Source of the DNA: Trypanosoma brucei
Lineage: Eukaryota
Length of the DNA stretch: 64,000 nt
Assembly (NCBI GenBank): GCA_000002445.1
Contig: CM000207.1
Coordinates: 2,176,001 to 2,240,000, forward strand
Direction: 5' to 3'
Shown in pieces: positions 45,992-57,735 of this stretch. The notes below the pieces were generated by a model. That model worked only from the letters and a program-made list of their open reading frames with translations, searched no databases and was not told the origin of the DNA. Each line of letters starts with the position of its first letter. Position 1 is the first letter of the stretch. Both the position numbers and the translations under genes were made by a program.

Positions 45992-47716
45992 ACAGAGGCG
46001 GTGACAGTTGGGTTGGGTGGGCGTTTTAAAAACTCACTCTTTGCGACGCTTCTCTTAAGCGTGATATGGAAACAAGAATTATGATGGTTATTTCATCTCA
46101 CCTGACAATGAGTAAAGGTTTGGCCATTCCTTTCGTAGGCCCCCGGAAAAAAAAAATGTTCATCTATACATGTTACGGGTGTGGGAAACTGCAACAGTGC
46201 GAGATAGCTTCACTTGTAACAGTGCGTCACTTTATTCCCTATGTGCAATCCGAAACTAGGGAATCTCCTCGTTCCCATTAAACTTAGACTCACAACCCCT
46301 CTGAAGTAAGGAGAGAACATACCGAGAAAAGAAAAGACATTTGGAATAAAATGGAAATTGGCAATGGAATCACATGAACGACAAAGCACAAGGGAAATAT
46401 TAGTGAAGTCCTCATGTCCGCGGAGGGGAATATGTGATCGAATGCAGCTGCGTGAATAAAGTAAGGGAGAAAAAATGTGCAAAGCGAAAAGAAATAGAGG
46501 ATGGTAAATGTGAAACGAAAGCAATGGTGAAGAACTAAGAACCGAAGTAGTGAAAGATGCGTAAAGCAATAAATTGATATCAAAATATTTGTGTAGGGTG
46601 CTCTTTGAAGTTGATGGTGTTCTCTTACACAGCATCTTGGATTGTTTTTACGTAACCGAATGAACATACAAACCTACTAACACACTTTGGAAAATGATGA
46701 AACTGGGGGTTGAGTTGTGAGGGAGTGGCACTCCATAACCTGTAAGACAATAGGAAGAAGGGGCATTATTTGGGGAACACGCACCGACACAAAAGTGCTG
46801 TGAAGACGCGAGGCAGTACTTACAGTAACTCTGAACAACCATTTGCCTATTTAACTTAAATATTACAATTTGGGTCTGACTCAAGAATAAATGAGGCTAA
46901 ATAGTGAATGTGCACGTTTCCATTGAGAAGGGTGTATTCATGAAACCACATATTAATATGGTGAAGACGTGGTTGCGGACGCTACTGAGCAGACGACGCG
47001 ATGAAAAGCGCAATGGGAAAGGTTGCTTATGTAATTTCCCTATTATACAACGCATACATCTCATTAGTTGTGACATTGTATTGATCATGGTTTTCAGATA
47101 TTGTCGTGAATACCACCAAGCCTTGTTTATTTTTTCACTGTATCTTTTTCTGTTACAGATTTTTGAATCATAGCGGTATCTTGTGAAACACCGAAGAACA
47201 TCAAAAATAATTTTATTGGTTGATGTTCGTAGAATTCAGAGCAGAGCTGCTAGAGAACAGTAGGAAACATATAAAAGATGGGTGTATCTGTTTCTACTTT
47301 CAACTCTGATTGCAGCCCTACTCTGTAAAACCGAACGTACACCAAACAATATCTTTCATTTCACCTGCCCCTGCTTCAGCCAGCATGCGTTTAAAATGAC
47401 ACATGTCCAATACTGCGTTGGGAAGAGTTAGGGAACTATCAGGCGTATATTTTTGTGCTGAAAGAGGAAATAAAACAGACTGATTGAAGCGATGTGTGGT
47501 ACAGGACTAGTTATTACGCCATGCTTCAGAGTAATCGACCTTTCCTTTTTTATTTTCTCACTGGTGACACAAATAAATACAAATCACCAATCAAACTATT
47601 CATCTTACTGAATGACTCAACGTTTGTCACCTCTCCATTTACTCTCACGACGCTACTTAAAAAAAAAACAACAAGAATTTTACCAGGATTAAAAAAAGTA
47701 AAGTTTATCATCCCCA

Positions 47717-49549
47717 ATGGTGTGGAAGGGTCAAGCCAAGGGAAAACAACAAAATAACGGAAAGAATATTCTGAAGGGAAAACGGAGACTGTTGGCGACA
47801 GGACCTCAACAGGAGCCAGAAGTAAACACTCCAACGGTCAACGCAAACAGTAACGTAATGAAATCACTTCGTAAGCGAGATCGACCGACGGAAGAACTGC
47901 AGCAGGTGGGGGACGTTTCTGTAGGGGCAACCGAAGCTTCCAGTGTCCTCAATAATGCTGAAAGGGAAAGGAAGGATACAAGTGCCGCAGACGGTGATAC
48001 AACTCATCCTAATTTATTGAGCGATGGCCAGGAGGTTTCACTCAAAGGCACCAAAGTTGATAAAAATACCTTGCAACCGCTCCAAGCATCTGTTACCCTA
48101 CGGAAACTGAGTGTTACGGTGAAGGAGGAAGATGTCGATGTGCAGCAGCTGACCTCACTGAAAATGCTAAAGGATTTGTGTATCGAATACGTGAGCGGTA
48201 AAATACTGAACGTGACTTCTCTGAAGGAATTGTCCCATATGGAAAGGCTTTGTTTCAAAGGAAGTTGCATTGAGGAATTGGAGGAACTTACGTTGAATGG
48301 ATGCGAAGAGCTGAAAAAAATTGAGGGGATACACCTTCTGCCGAACCTCACGATTCTCAACTTGGGGAGGACATCAACAAATGACGATTTCTTGAAGGAA
48401 CTTTCCGTATGCAAGAAACTATCAAAGTTGACACTATCTGGGTGCCCAGGATTGGAGAATGTCGAACAGCTGTCAAATTTTGCAACACTAAAGGAGTTGA
48501 GTCTTTCATGGTGCAGTAATATTATACATGGGTGGGAAGGCATTGGCCAACTTCCACAGCTCCGAGTTCTTCATTTGGAAGGGAACAAAATCACTAACAG
48601 AACACTTGAGCCAATCTCGAAGTCGAAGTCACTTGTATCACTAGATGTCTCCTTCTGTGAGAAATTAACTGACGCCACTCCACTCTGCCGTGTTAAAACT
48701 CTGGAAGAGCTGAATCTTCACGCCACTAAAATAACTTCTGGTATCGACAATCTGGTACTACTCCCGCGACTCCGTGTGCTGGATGTGAGGCAATTACAAC
48801 TCAGCGCCTTCGATACCATTCTCAGTACTTTTGCTGCCGTACGTTATGGCATTCGTCTTTCTTCATTTTGCAACGGTTTCGATATCCAATCTATTTCTTC
48901 CATTCAAACGCTTGAGGAATTGAGTGTGGGGGGGTTTTTCTGCGCCGCAATCCAATTCGGCAGTATTGGGGGACTTCCACGCCTTCGAGTACTAAGGTTA
49001 TCGAGCAAAACGATGTTTGACGAGTCACTTAAAGGAATAAGTCACTCGCGCTCATTGGTGGCATTTGATCTCTCAGGGTGCTCCTGCCTCGAAGACATTT
49101 CCTCTATATCAGGAATAAAGACATTGGAAGCGTTGAGTCTTAGAGATTGTACGAATGTATCAGATGGTTGGATTGCACTTGGGGAGTTACCACTGCTGCG
49201 CATCCTTGATCTATCATGTACGAAAATTCAAGATGTGATGCTTCGAGTGTTGTTCCCTAAGTTGAAACTAGACTGTCTGAGTCTTGCTGGATGCGAAAAC
49301 ATAACTCATATAGGGCCTTTAATTAACGTAAAATCACTCAAAAATTTGGTGCTGGAGGAATGTTCCGAGCTGAAAGCGGGGTTTGAGGCACTACTGGAGC
49401 TGCCCTTGCTCACATGGGTCGATCTATGCTATGTTAACGACAACAAAACGGTGAAAGACACATTGGTTGCGAGAGGGGTGGATATGAGAAGTGTATGGTC
49501 TATCATTGGAAATTGTACCTCATTATTTGATTGGTGGAGAGCTAAATAA
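47717..49549 (+). CDS. Leucine-rich repeat protein (LRRP family), 610 aa, intact
   Basis: Uninterrupted ORF with the same cysteine-containing roughly 24-aa LRR as the upstream LRRP (LEELNL..T.I..G...L.LLPRLRVLDL). N-terminal basic region. Confidence 0.75.
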   Translation: MVWKGQAKGKQQNNGKNILKGKRRLLATGPQQEPEVNTPTVNANSNVMKSLRKRDRPTEELQQVGDVSVGATEASSVLNNAERERKDTSAADGDTTHPNLLSDGQEVSLKGTKVDKNTLQPLQASVTLRKLSVTVKEEDVDVQQLTSLKMLKDLCIEYVSGKILNVTSLKELSHMERLCFKGSCIEELEELTLNGCEELKKIEGIHLLPNLTILNLGRTSTNDDFLKELSVCKKLSKLTLSGCPGLENVEQLSNFATLKELSLSWCSNIIHGWEGIGQLPQLRVLHLEGNKITNRTLEPISKSKSLVSLDVSFCEKLTDATPLCRVKTLEELNLHATKITSGIDNLVLLPRLRVLDVRQLQLSAFDTILSTFAAVRYGIRLSSFCNGFDIQSISSIQTLEELSVGGFFCAAIQFGSIGGLPRLRVLRLSSKTMFDESLKGISHSRSLVAFDLSGCSCLEDISSISGIKTLEALSLRDCTNVSDGWIALGELPLLRILDLSCTKIQDVMLRVLFPKLKLDCLSLAGCENITHIGPLINVKSLKNLVLEECSELKAGFEALLELPLLTWVDLCYVNDNKTVKDTLVARGVDMRSVWSIIGNCTSLFDWWRAK

Positions 49550-51348
49550 TCTATCATATGAGGTTTCAGGAGAACATCACTTCTGCCGCATCGTTAGAAT
49601 TAGGGCACCTAATCAAGTGATGGGTGAATCCAGGGGCACGCAGCGTCATGCGCAACATATCAATATTAGCAATGAAAGTGACGCCGATATCTGTGGTTAA
49701 GAAGCGTGGCACACTGCATGTTTCCCTTTTCAGAAAATAGTAAAATATCATCCCTATCATACGAGTGAGAACATGACGGGAATATCTCTTTCCGAAAAAT
49801 AAATATTCAACCCCCTCATCTAATTTTTTCATGATTCGTCCCTATTCGTAATATGACCCTGCAGAAGCAGGAATACATTAACGCAACACGTTTTGGGGCC
49901 TTTATTTTTCAAAAGCTCATGGCTACGCTCTCTGCATACGTTATTTACCTAAGTATATGTTATTTTGTCTGTATTTTACTGGAGCCCACTGCTACTTCAA
50001 AGGGCGCAGTTACACTAACCCCTTGCACAGCAAAGTGGTGTGTACCGTATTAACTCAACAACATCCATATCAAATATACACGAGTGTGTAGTAACGCTCT
50101 ATTGGTTTTGGGAACTATTATTTTATTTCTTACAATATGATGCCTCAGAGAAACTGAAGGCGAGGGCAGATCCTTTAATCCATCATATTTTCCGTTTTAT
50201 ATCGTATCCATATATGTTTATGACTTTCCCGTAGGTAGTTCCAAGGTACATTATGTATTCTTTCATTTAAAGAATCATTCCTTTCTTTCATATTTGCTTC
50301 TTATTTGACAACAATGAGCAAAAGGTTTTTCTCTCTGACGTTTACATTAATTTAGACACTGCTGTTAGCTGATAAGTTACAGAAAGCCGTACATTTAAAG
50401 TTACACGAACTCACACCGGTCCGAAATAGTAAAGTCTCTAGTATTATTACTTGTTTCTTTATTTGAGAAAAATACGAAAAGCAGCGTCGTGTCTGAAGTG
50501 AGAAACATGTGGCATACATGTGAGATCGGAGGACCACTGCCATTTGAATATCATATCCCAAAATTCTTTTGCTAACATTATTAACTCTGAATGCCTACGA
50601 GATTGTGAAGTGAGCGACCACTGACAGTGAAAACACGAGGATGTATTGTTATCGCCCATGAAAGACACTAGCGCTATTTTGCTTATTGAAAAGCAGAAGC
50701 TCTTTATAATGCCTTTAATCGGCTTGACACAGCAGGTATCACATTTGAAGGAGCAATGAACAAACCGTTACCACACGGAGATATTTTCGTTTACTGATCA
50801 AAAGGTACTCCCGCGACGCATTATTTTTGGTTTACACAACAAGAAGTGCTGTGGCATATGCAACTACTTACTTTTTGCGAGGTTATGTGAGTATATTTTG
50901 GTGACGTATGTAATTTCAATCCGCAGCTGATGTTGCAATGCAGTAATTATCAATGAGGTCTGTCAAGTGGATTCCAAATGGTGAAGCTGTGAGTGAGGAC
51001 GAAGGACTTATTGTCTGCCTCTGAACCGTACACTGCCAAGCACAATTGAATTAGTTTATCATACGACTTTGAAGAATTGCACAAAGTTTCTGGAGCGCAC
51101 TGGAGGCCTCAAGACATTAGCTCTCACGCCTGAAATGAACCGACCCTACTTAAGGTTTAACGGTACGAAACATAATGACATCCTCATGTGGACAGAGGAC
51201 TGGAGAGAGTGGAATGTCTCGAGAAGAGGGCTCTGTACTTGACAGACCCAATGGGATGGAAGAATGGAGGCCGAGCCAGGCCCCTACATTGCGATTGGGA
51301 GCTCTGGTATAGGTAAGTTGCTATCCATTGGTTCGCTTCTCCTTCATA

Positions 51349-51595
51349 CTCTGGCCACGCTGGCCACCTCAACGTGGTGTCAGAGTCCAGTACCCCGTAT
51401 CATCGGGGGAAGCCGAGAGCCAGCAGCGTTCTTCTCATGGGGAACATTGCTGTGCTCCGTCTATGGCATCATACAGCACAGGGATCAGCAGCGTCTTGCT
51501 GGGAAACCGTTTTTCATTTGTCGGTCCCTGGGCACGTGCCATCAGCAGTATCACCCGCACTAACATACTGCTCTGCGGTAATGTAGAGGAGATTT
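51349..51595 (+). mobile_element. 5' half of a RIME/ingi-type retroposon (about 250 bp). No ingi ORF follows, so truncated or degenerate (DIRE-like).
   Basis: CTCTGGCCACGCTGGCCACCTCAACGTGGTGTCAGAGTCCAGTACCCCGTATCATCGGGGGAAGCC... aligns with the 5' half of the RIME at 37226-37729 for about 250 bp, then diverges. The ORFs at 51264-51624 are translation artefacts of this element. Confidence 0.55.
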
Positions 51596-54565
51596 GCGGG
51601 CCGCCGTTATGCGTGACGGGGTGAAACTACGGTGGGTTCTCACTGGGAAAAACTTTGTCCACTGGATATCGCTGTATGGTTATCTGTTCGTGAGTTTTTC
51701 TTAGCTATAACCGATTTTCTCGGCGGCAGCTGACCGATAATGCGGATGTACAATGCTTGAGATAAATTGTTTGATGGAAGGGACATTTAGTAACTAGATG
51801 TGATATCACAGCGAATTTTCGTTTTTTTCGATATCACCCACTGAACGGGTCCCTTGAATTGCTAATGGTGAGCAACGTTGAACTATCGAATAGCACGGCA
51901 TCGGTCATGTAAATGGGTTGAGGAGAAAGTGCTTCATCGTGCGCACGGGAAAACGCAACCATGTTATTTGGCGTTCGTTGCAACTGATGCTTTCGGTATC
52001 TGGAGAGTAAACCTGATGGATAGGCAGCTGCCCTCCGGGAAGAATGATTGTGGCGGAATTCCCGCTGACTTACCACTTTGTAGAAAGAGTGCCCCAAGAA
52101 GGAAGTTTTTTCCTTATCACGCGCATTCAACTGAAGTAACTGTCAGCGTAGACTGGGTATAGAGTGACCTGAAGCCCCGGGCAATGGCAGTGCGCAATGG
52201 TTCTTTTCCAGGTAAGACATTAGACAAGATTTTTTATCAGACGCAAACGAGGCTACGGTAACCTCCACCGGAGCCACGTACCCCCAGCTGAAATGAACAC
52301 GAACACAAATCCTCCACCATGCCCGAATGGCAGGCACGAAGGCGGTGCGATTTCCGACGTACACATCGAACCGTCTTCGTGCCTACCATTCGGCGCGGTG
52401 GGTGGAGACGGGAGTTCGACCGTTGCGAGACGCATTTAGATGTGTAGAAGCTGTTGCCTTTTCCAGTGGCAGAGTTACCAGAGGGCATGGCTTTCGCTTA
52501 AGCAAGTATTCAGTCCGCCTTTTAGGGGTTCCAATCGCTTGGTATGGCGCGGTCGCTGGGGTAAGTGAGGACAGCATGGGGACAGAAGTTTCTTCCTCAA
52601 GCTTCGCTCCAAGTAGCCCCACATAGTTATGGTCCTCGGCACCTCGTTGCGTTTGGGACGCCACAAAAGTGGGGTAATGAGGAGCATGGAAGAGCGACAC
52701 GCTGATAGTTTTGGAGTTCGGCAGTGGGTTTCCAGCATCCAAACACCACTCGTGAGGAAGGCAAAAGGGGTAGCTACTGCGACGCTAAGCTGGAGGTTAT
52801 GTTGTCAACATTGACCACCGGAACGTTGAAGTGCGAGGCTGCAACACCCGATGACGAAGAAGAAATGCGCATACCCCAAACGTGCGGAACGCCTCTTCTT
52901 CCCTACACCGTGGTCGGATGCGAGTCGCTTGCCTTAGGGGCCTTCGCAGACTTTTTTGCGACATATCATCTGCGTTGAGAAATAGTGGTGCGCGAGCGGA
53001 TGAAAGGAGTGCGAGCCCAAGTACGGAAACAGTGTCATTGAGCGCGGGTTTTACACTAGCTGGCATCCTAAAGGAGGGCTCCTACGTACCTGGTTAAGCT
53101 AGCCTATGATGAATGTATACGAAAAAAGTTAATGCTTTACTGTGTGGAAGTTCCTCCCTTTTGTAACCGTTGCATCGCTCCGCTCCACCACCCTTTTGTT
53201 GTGCGCGTCCGTGTCAAAACCTGTTTAGCAATGACTACATCCACTCAGCGCCTGAGTGGTGAGGGGCTCTGACTGCAAGCGACCAAGCAATCGAATCCAA
53301 CTGTTTGCCATTAGGCAATACAACGTGATTAATCATCTGTGATTGGTGACCAGTGGTAGGGTGCCGTCATTTTCCTTCTTTAGGCGGTCTCAAGTACACG
53401 CTTAGTGATTCGGCTGCCAGCAACATTGTTAGAACCTCTTTTTAGAGTCGGTGTTCCCATTCCAAAAAGCGTGGCGTGGCAGCTAGCGTGTACGATGCCC
53501 CGCTTACTCCCGTGGAACTGGGAGTACAAACGGGCATTTATCTGCGGAGGGAAACAGGTATTGTCATCAGAATAGCAATACCAACGGCTCTTCATTTGTG
53601 TCAACGGGTGCTGCCTAACCGGCACCTCTTCGTTATCGTCTACTGAAGCGTTCGCGTGGTTTCCTTTCCGGTGCAAAATTGATTTTAGTGACAGGAAGCG
53701 TTTTCCTTCTGAGACATCGGGAACCAAATCCCTATTAAGGCAAGGCGGCGCTGACAACAAGCGCGGCTAAAGTTGCAGTTGAGAACGTCTGCATGAAGAA
53801 GGGCTGCGAGTGCACAGTGGTTCCACGCTCGGCAACGGCGATTTATGAGCCGCGCGGACGCCCAGGCGATTCATCAAGTATATCGCAACTATTTGGGGCA
53901 CCTCTAACCCCAGCGAAAAGGCAACTAAAGCTCCGCTGTTTACACAACCGAGCCTAAACGTCGGTCACCCACCACAGATTAGTAATACCCCACCGAAAGA
54001 AGCTGACAGTAACTTCAAATATAAGATATCTTCTTAGGGGTGTCTCTCCCTGTCTTACTTTCTCCCTGTTTATAGGTTTTCATCCGTTAGGTGGTTGGTT
54101 AGAGTGAAATACACGTATTTCCTGTGGACGACGCCTGGCCGTTGGTGCCGTTCCAGTTTGGTTGTGGATGCATACGAGTACTTCCGCTCGCCCGTACATA
54201 TTTTTCTAGTAATAACCGAATGACTATGCTCCGCCAATCTGTCGTTGTCGGATTGATCCTGTTACCTCCCGCGAAGTAGCGGATTGTGGGGAGCAAACAG
54301 AAGAAACAGGCACCGATGTTGTGCATGACGATGATTTGTGATGAGCGCCACTGACCGTTTGTTTCTCCGCAAAAACGACGAATACGATATCGTTTTGTTG
54401 GAATCGAAATCTGCTTTTGGGGACGTGGATACCAGAGATCTGACGTTGACAAACCTTACCAGTGGTAGGAGAGTGTCTAAACTATCGGTAAACAGGTAAA
54501 AGCCAGACATCATGCTGCATGCAAAAAAAAAAATCCCTACGTAGTCACTAGAGCGGCACGGGATC

Positions 54566-55181
54566 CGTTTTATATCTCCTTTTAATACTTTTTGACGTAA
54601 AATGAGACACCTTTCCCTTAACTCGATGAGGGGAAGCTTATTGCGAAAGAGGAAGAAAACTTTGAGACTCTAATAACACAGAAAAGTCAACACTTAATGA
54701 GTATCTGAGGGACGAGTAATAGTCGAAAAAAGATTTTTTTGCTTTGCTTTATTCACATGATTCCCCCCTCAAAAAAAAATAATACCTTATTCAGGGACTT
54801 GGTACTTGCTTGCAATTTAATTTAAGTATTTTGTTTGTTCTTAGCGACTTATCCCGTAAGGGAAGACGCTACTTCAAGTTGGGTGCTCCACACGAATTCC
54901 GAAACGCTAACACAGTGTCGGCAAACTGCGGCAGTTTGTGCATTTCGTTGGAAGAGAGGAAATTCGTCAAAGTTTTAACACCTTGATTGTGCGCGTGAAA
55001 GAGTCGTTGCGAGGGGGAAAATACGGTATCCCCACACACACACCAAAAAACAGTAAGGAAAAAAAAAAAAGAAACATCCCATAAAACATTCTTTTTCTCT
55101 TTCTTACAACTCAAAGTAGACACAGAGCATTTGTCAAAGACATATTCAAACAAGCTAGCATACGATTTCTGCTCTGGAGGG
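54566..55181 (+). repeat. Direct repeat copy 1 (about 615 bp) flanking the oxygenase gene
   Basis: About 98% identical to 57124-57735. Both copies end at CTCTGGAGGG and contain an A-run and CACACACACACC. Confidence 0.85.
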
Positions 55182-55515
55182 CGCATTTGGCTCACTTATT
55201 AAATCCATAGAAGCACTGATACAAGAACGTTATCTAACGCGTCTCAGGTGCGAAAGCACACTGCCTCGACATTTTCGTAGTAAGATCGAGGGGAATTACC
55301 GCTACTGCAGGGTTGAAAAGGCACCCTTCCGCGTAAACGGTGGCAAAAGGGAAGTCAGCACCGTGCGGACACGTCTAAGGCTGGAGTGGTAAGCAATTCA
55401 CGTAAGTGGAAGTTCGTCACATAGGATCGAACAAGGTACGAAGGCCGAACCAACTGGACATACGGGTGCGCATCATCCGGTAAGATACTTACAAGCCAGG
55501 GAGACAGCGAAGAAA

Positions 55516-56499
55516 ATGTATTCTGCTACGCCGTTCATGACACCGCGTGCTTCGTTGCCGGTAATCGATGTCTCGCCATTGTTTGGGGGCGCGGAGCAGG
55601 AGATCATGAAGGTTGCCAAGCAGTTGGATCACGCGTGCCGCACTTCAGGATTCCTCTATGTCGTTGGTCACCCTATTAAACAAGAGCAGATCGATAGGGT
55701 ATTGCAAATTTCGAAAACTTTCTTTTCCCTTCCAATGGAAGAGAAGATGAAAATTGATGTCAAGAAGGGTTTCCTAAAATACAGAGGATATGTCCCCTTC
55801 GGAGCTGAGGAACCAGAGCATGCCAAAACCTACTCATATGAGGCGTTCAACATGGGATATCACCTGCCCCTACACCATCCTGAAGTCATGGCACGGGCCC
55901 CCCTACGCGGACCAAATGTGCACCCCACACAAGTTCCGGAGTGGGTAGACATCATGGAAACCTATTTCCGCGATATGTGGGCATTCATGCTCGTTCTACT
56001 TCGTGCCATGGCGCGAGGTATTGGAATACGTGAAGATTTCTTCGACGACAAGTTCAGCGTACCACAATGTGAGCTAACTGTCAAGCATTATCCCGAACCA
56101 AAAACACACGCGAATGGTAACACTCTGCGGATGGAGCACTCTGATTACGGGATTATCACTATTCTCTACCAAGATTCCACGGGAGGATTGCAGGTCCGTA
56201 ATCCTGACGACAAACTCGTTGATGTTCCACCCATTGAAGGAAGCTTTGTCGTCAACATTGGGGATATGATGGAGATGTGGACTAATGGGCGGTATCGTTC
56301 AACCAAGCACTGCGTTGTGTCCAGAGGAAAGGAACGGTACTCCATACCTTTCTTCTGTAACCCGAATCCGAACGCTTTGGTTAAATGTCTCGACAATTGC
56401 TACTCGGACACTAATCCACCGAAATACCCACCAGTCAAAGCTTCTGACTGGTTGCTGAAAAGATTGGCGGATCTCTATTCTTACAAATCGAAAATGTAA
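55516..56499 (+). CDS. 2-oxoglutarate/Fe(II)-dependent oxygenase of the iron/ascorbate oxidoreductase (isopenicillin-N-synthase-like) family, 327 aa
   Basis: Facial triad HSDYG (H-x-D) ... RYRSTKHCVV (distal His). RYSIPFF (2OG-binding RxS). N-terminal DIOX_N-like region. Length is typical of IPNS-like dioxygenases. Confidence 0.8.
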   Translation: MYSATPFMTPRASLPVIDVSPLFGGAEQEIMKVAKQLDHACRTSGFLYVVGHPIKQEQIDRVLQISKTFFSLPMEEKMKIDVKKGFLKYRGYVPFGAEEPEHAKTYSYEAFNMGYHLPLHHPEVMARAPLRGPNVHPTQVPEWVDIMETYFRDMWAFMLVLLRAMARGIGIREDFFDDKFSVPQCELTVKHYPEPKTHANGNTLRMEHSDYGIITILYQDSTGGLQVRNPDDKLVDVPPIEGSFVVNIGDMMEMWTNGRYRSTKHCVVSRGKERYSIPFFCNPNPNALVKCLDNCYSDTNPPKYPPVKASDWLLKRLADLYSYKSKM

Positions 56500-57123
56500 G
56501 TACACCAGAGCCAAAATGACTGCCCTGTTAGTGGTGGGGCGTCCGCTCTTTATCTTGTCTCATGGCTGGAGAGAAGGAACCACCATTATATACCTGCCGC
56601 CCTCCCTCTTCACTTCCGGCATTTGCATCATCAGCACGACGCGATTGGACAACGCCGAAACCCCTGTAAAAACTAGGTTGACTCGAACCCGCTACGCTTC
56701 CGAGGCTCGACAGGGAAATGGTGGAAATCAAGAGCCCCCGCGAAACCGAAGACCTAGCTGGTGTTGGCCTGTTCAAGAAAGTCGGTTTGAGGGTGCTGAT
56801 AAAGAAAATATAATGAAACTACTGCCAAAAAACTGGGTGAAGCATAGCGGATGACAGTAATCGAAATAGAAAATTTTCTTGGCTAAAGATGGGCGTTGAA
56901 GAATATGCCACATGCCAGGAAAAATAACAATCTGAAGGGTGAATTATCCAATATTGTGTAACATCCCTGGAAATGGTCACGAAAAAAGCCAAATGAATAT
57001 GTGGTTATATTTTAATAAAACCCACGGTTTCAGAAAACACAGATAAGAACCGAATGTAGTAAAACAAAGATACTCCAAAATAGGGAAACAAGAGGAAAAA
57101 CAATCAAATAATCCATTTGTCTG

Positions 57124-57735
57124 TTTTTATATCTCCTTTTAATACTTTTGACGTAAAATGAGACACCTTTCCCTTAACTCGATGAGGGGAAGCTTATTGC
57201 GAAAGAGGAAGAAAACTTTGAAACTCTAATAACACAGAAAAGTCAACACTTAATGAGTATCTGAGGGACGAGTAATAGTCGAAAAAAGATTTTTTTGCTT
57301 TGCTTTATTCACATGATTCCCCCCTCAAAAAAAATAATACCTTATTCAGGGACTTGGTACTTGCTTGCAATTTAATTTAAGTATTTTGTTTGTTCTTAGC
57401 GACTTATCCCGTAAGGGAAGACGCTACTTCAAGTTGGGTGCTCCACACGAATTCCGAAACGCTAACACAGTGTCGGCAAACTGCGGCAGTTTGTGCATTT
57501 CATTGGAAGAGAGGAAATTCGTCAAAGTTTTAACACCTTGATTGTGCGCGTGAAAGAGTCGTTGCGAGGGGGAAAATACGGTATCCCCACACACACACAC
57601 CAAAAAACAGTAAGGAAAAAAAAAGAAACATCCCATAAAACATTCTTTTTCTCTTTCTTACAACTCAAAGTAGACACAGAATATTTGTCAAAGACATATT
57701 CAAACAAGCTAGCATACGATTTCTGCTCTGGAGGG
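57124..57735 (+). repeat. Direct repeat copy 2 (about 612 bp)
   Basis: Near-identical to 54566-55181. Spacing of 2,558 bp suggests a remnant tandem gene-unit duplication. Confidence 0.85.
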
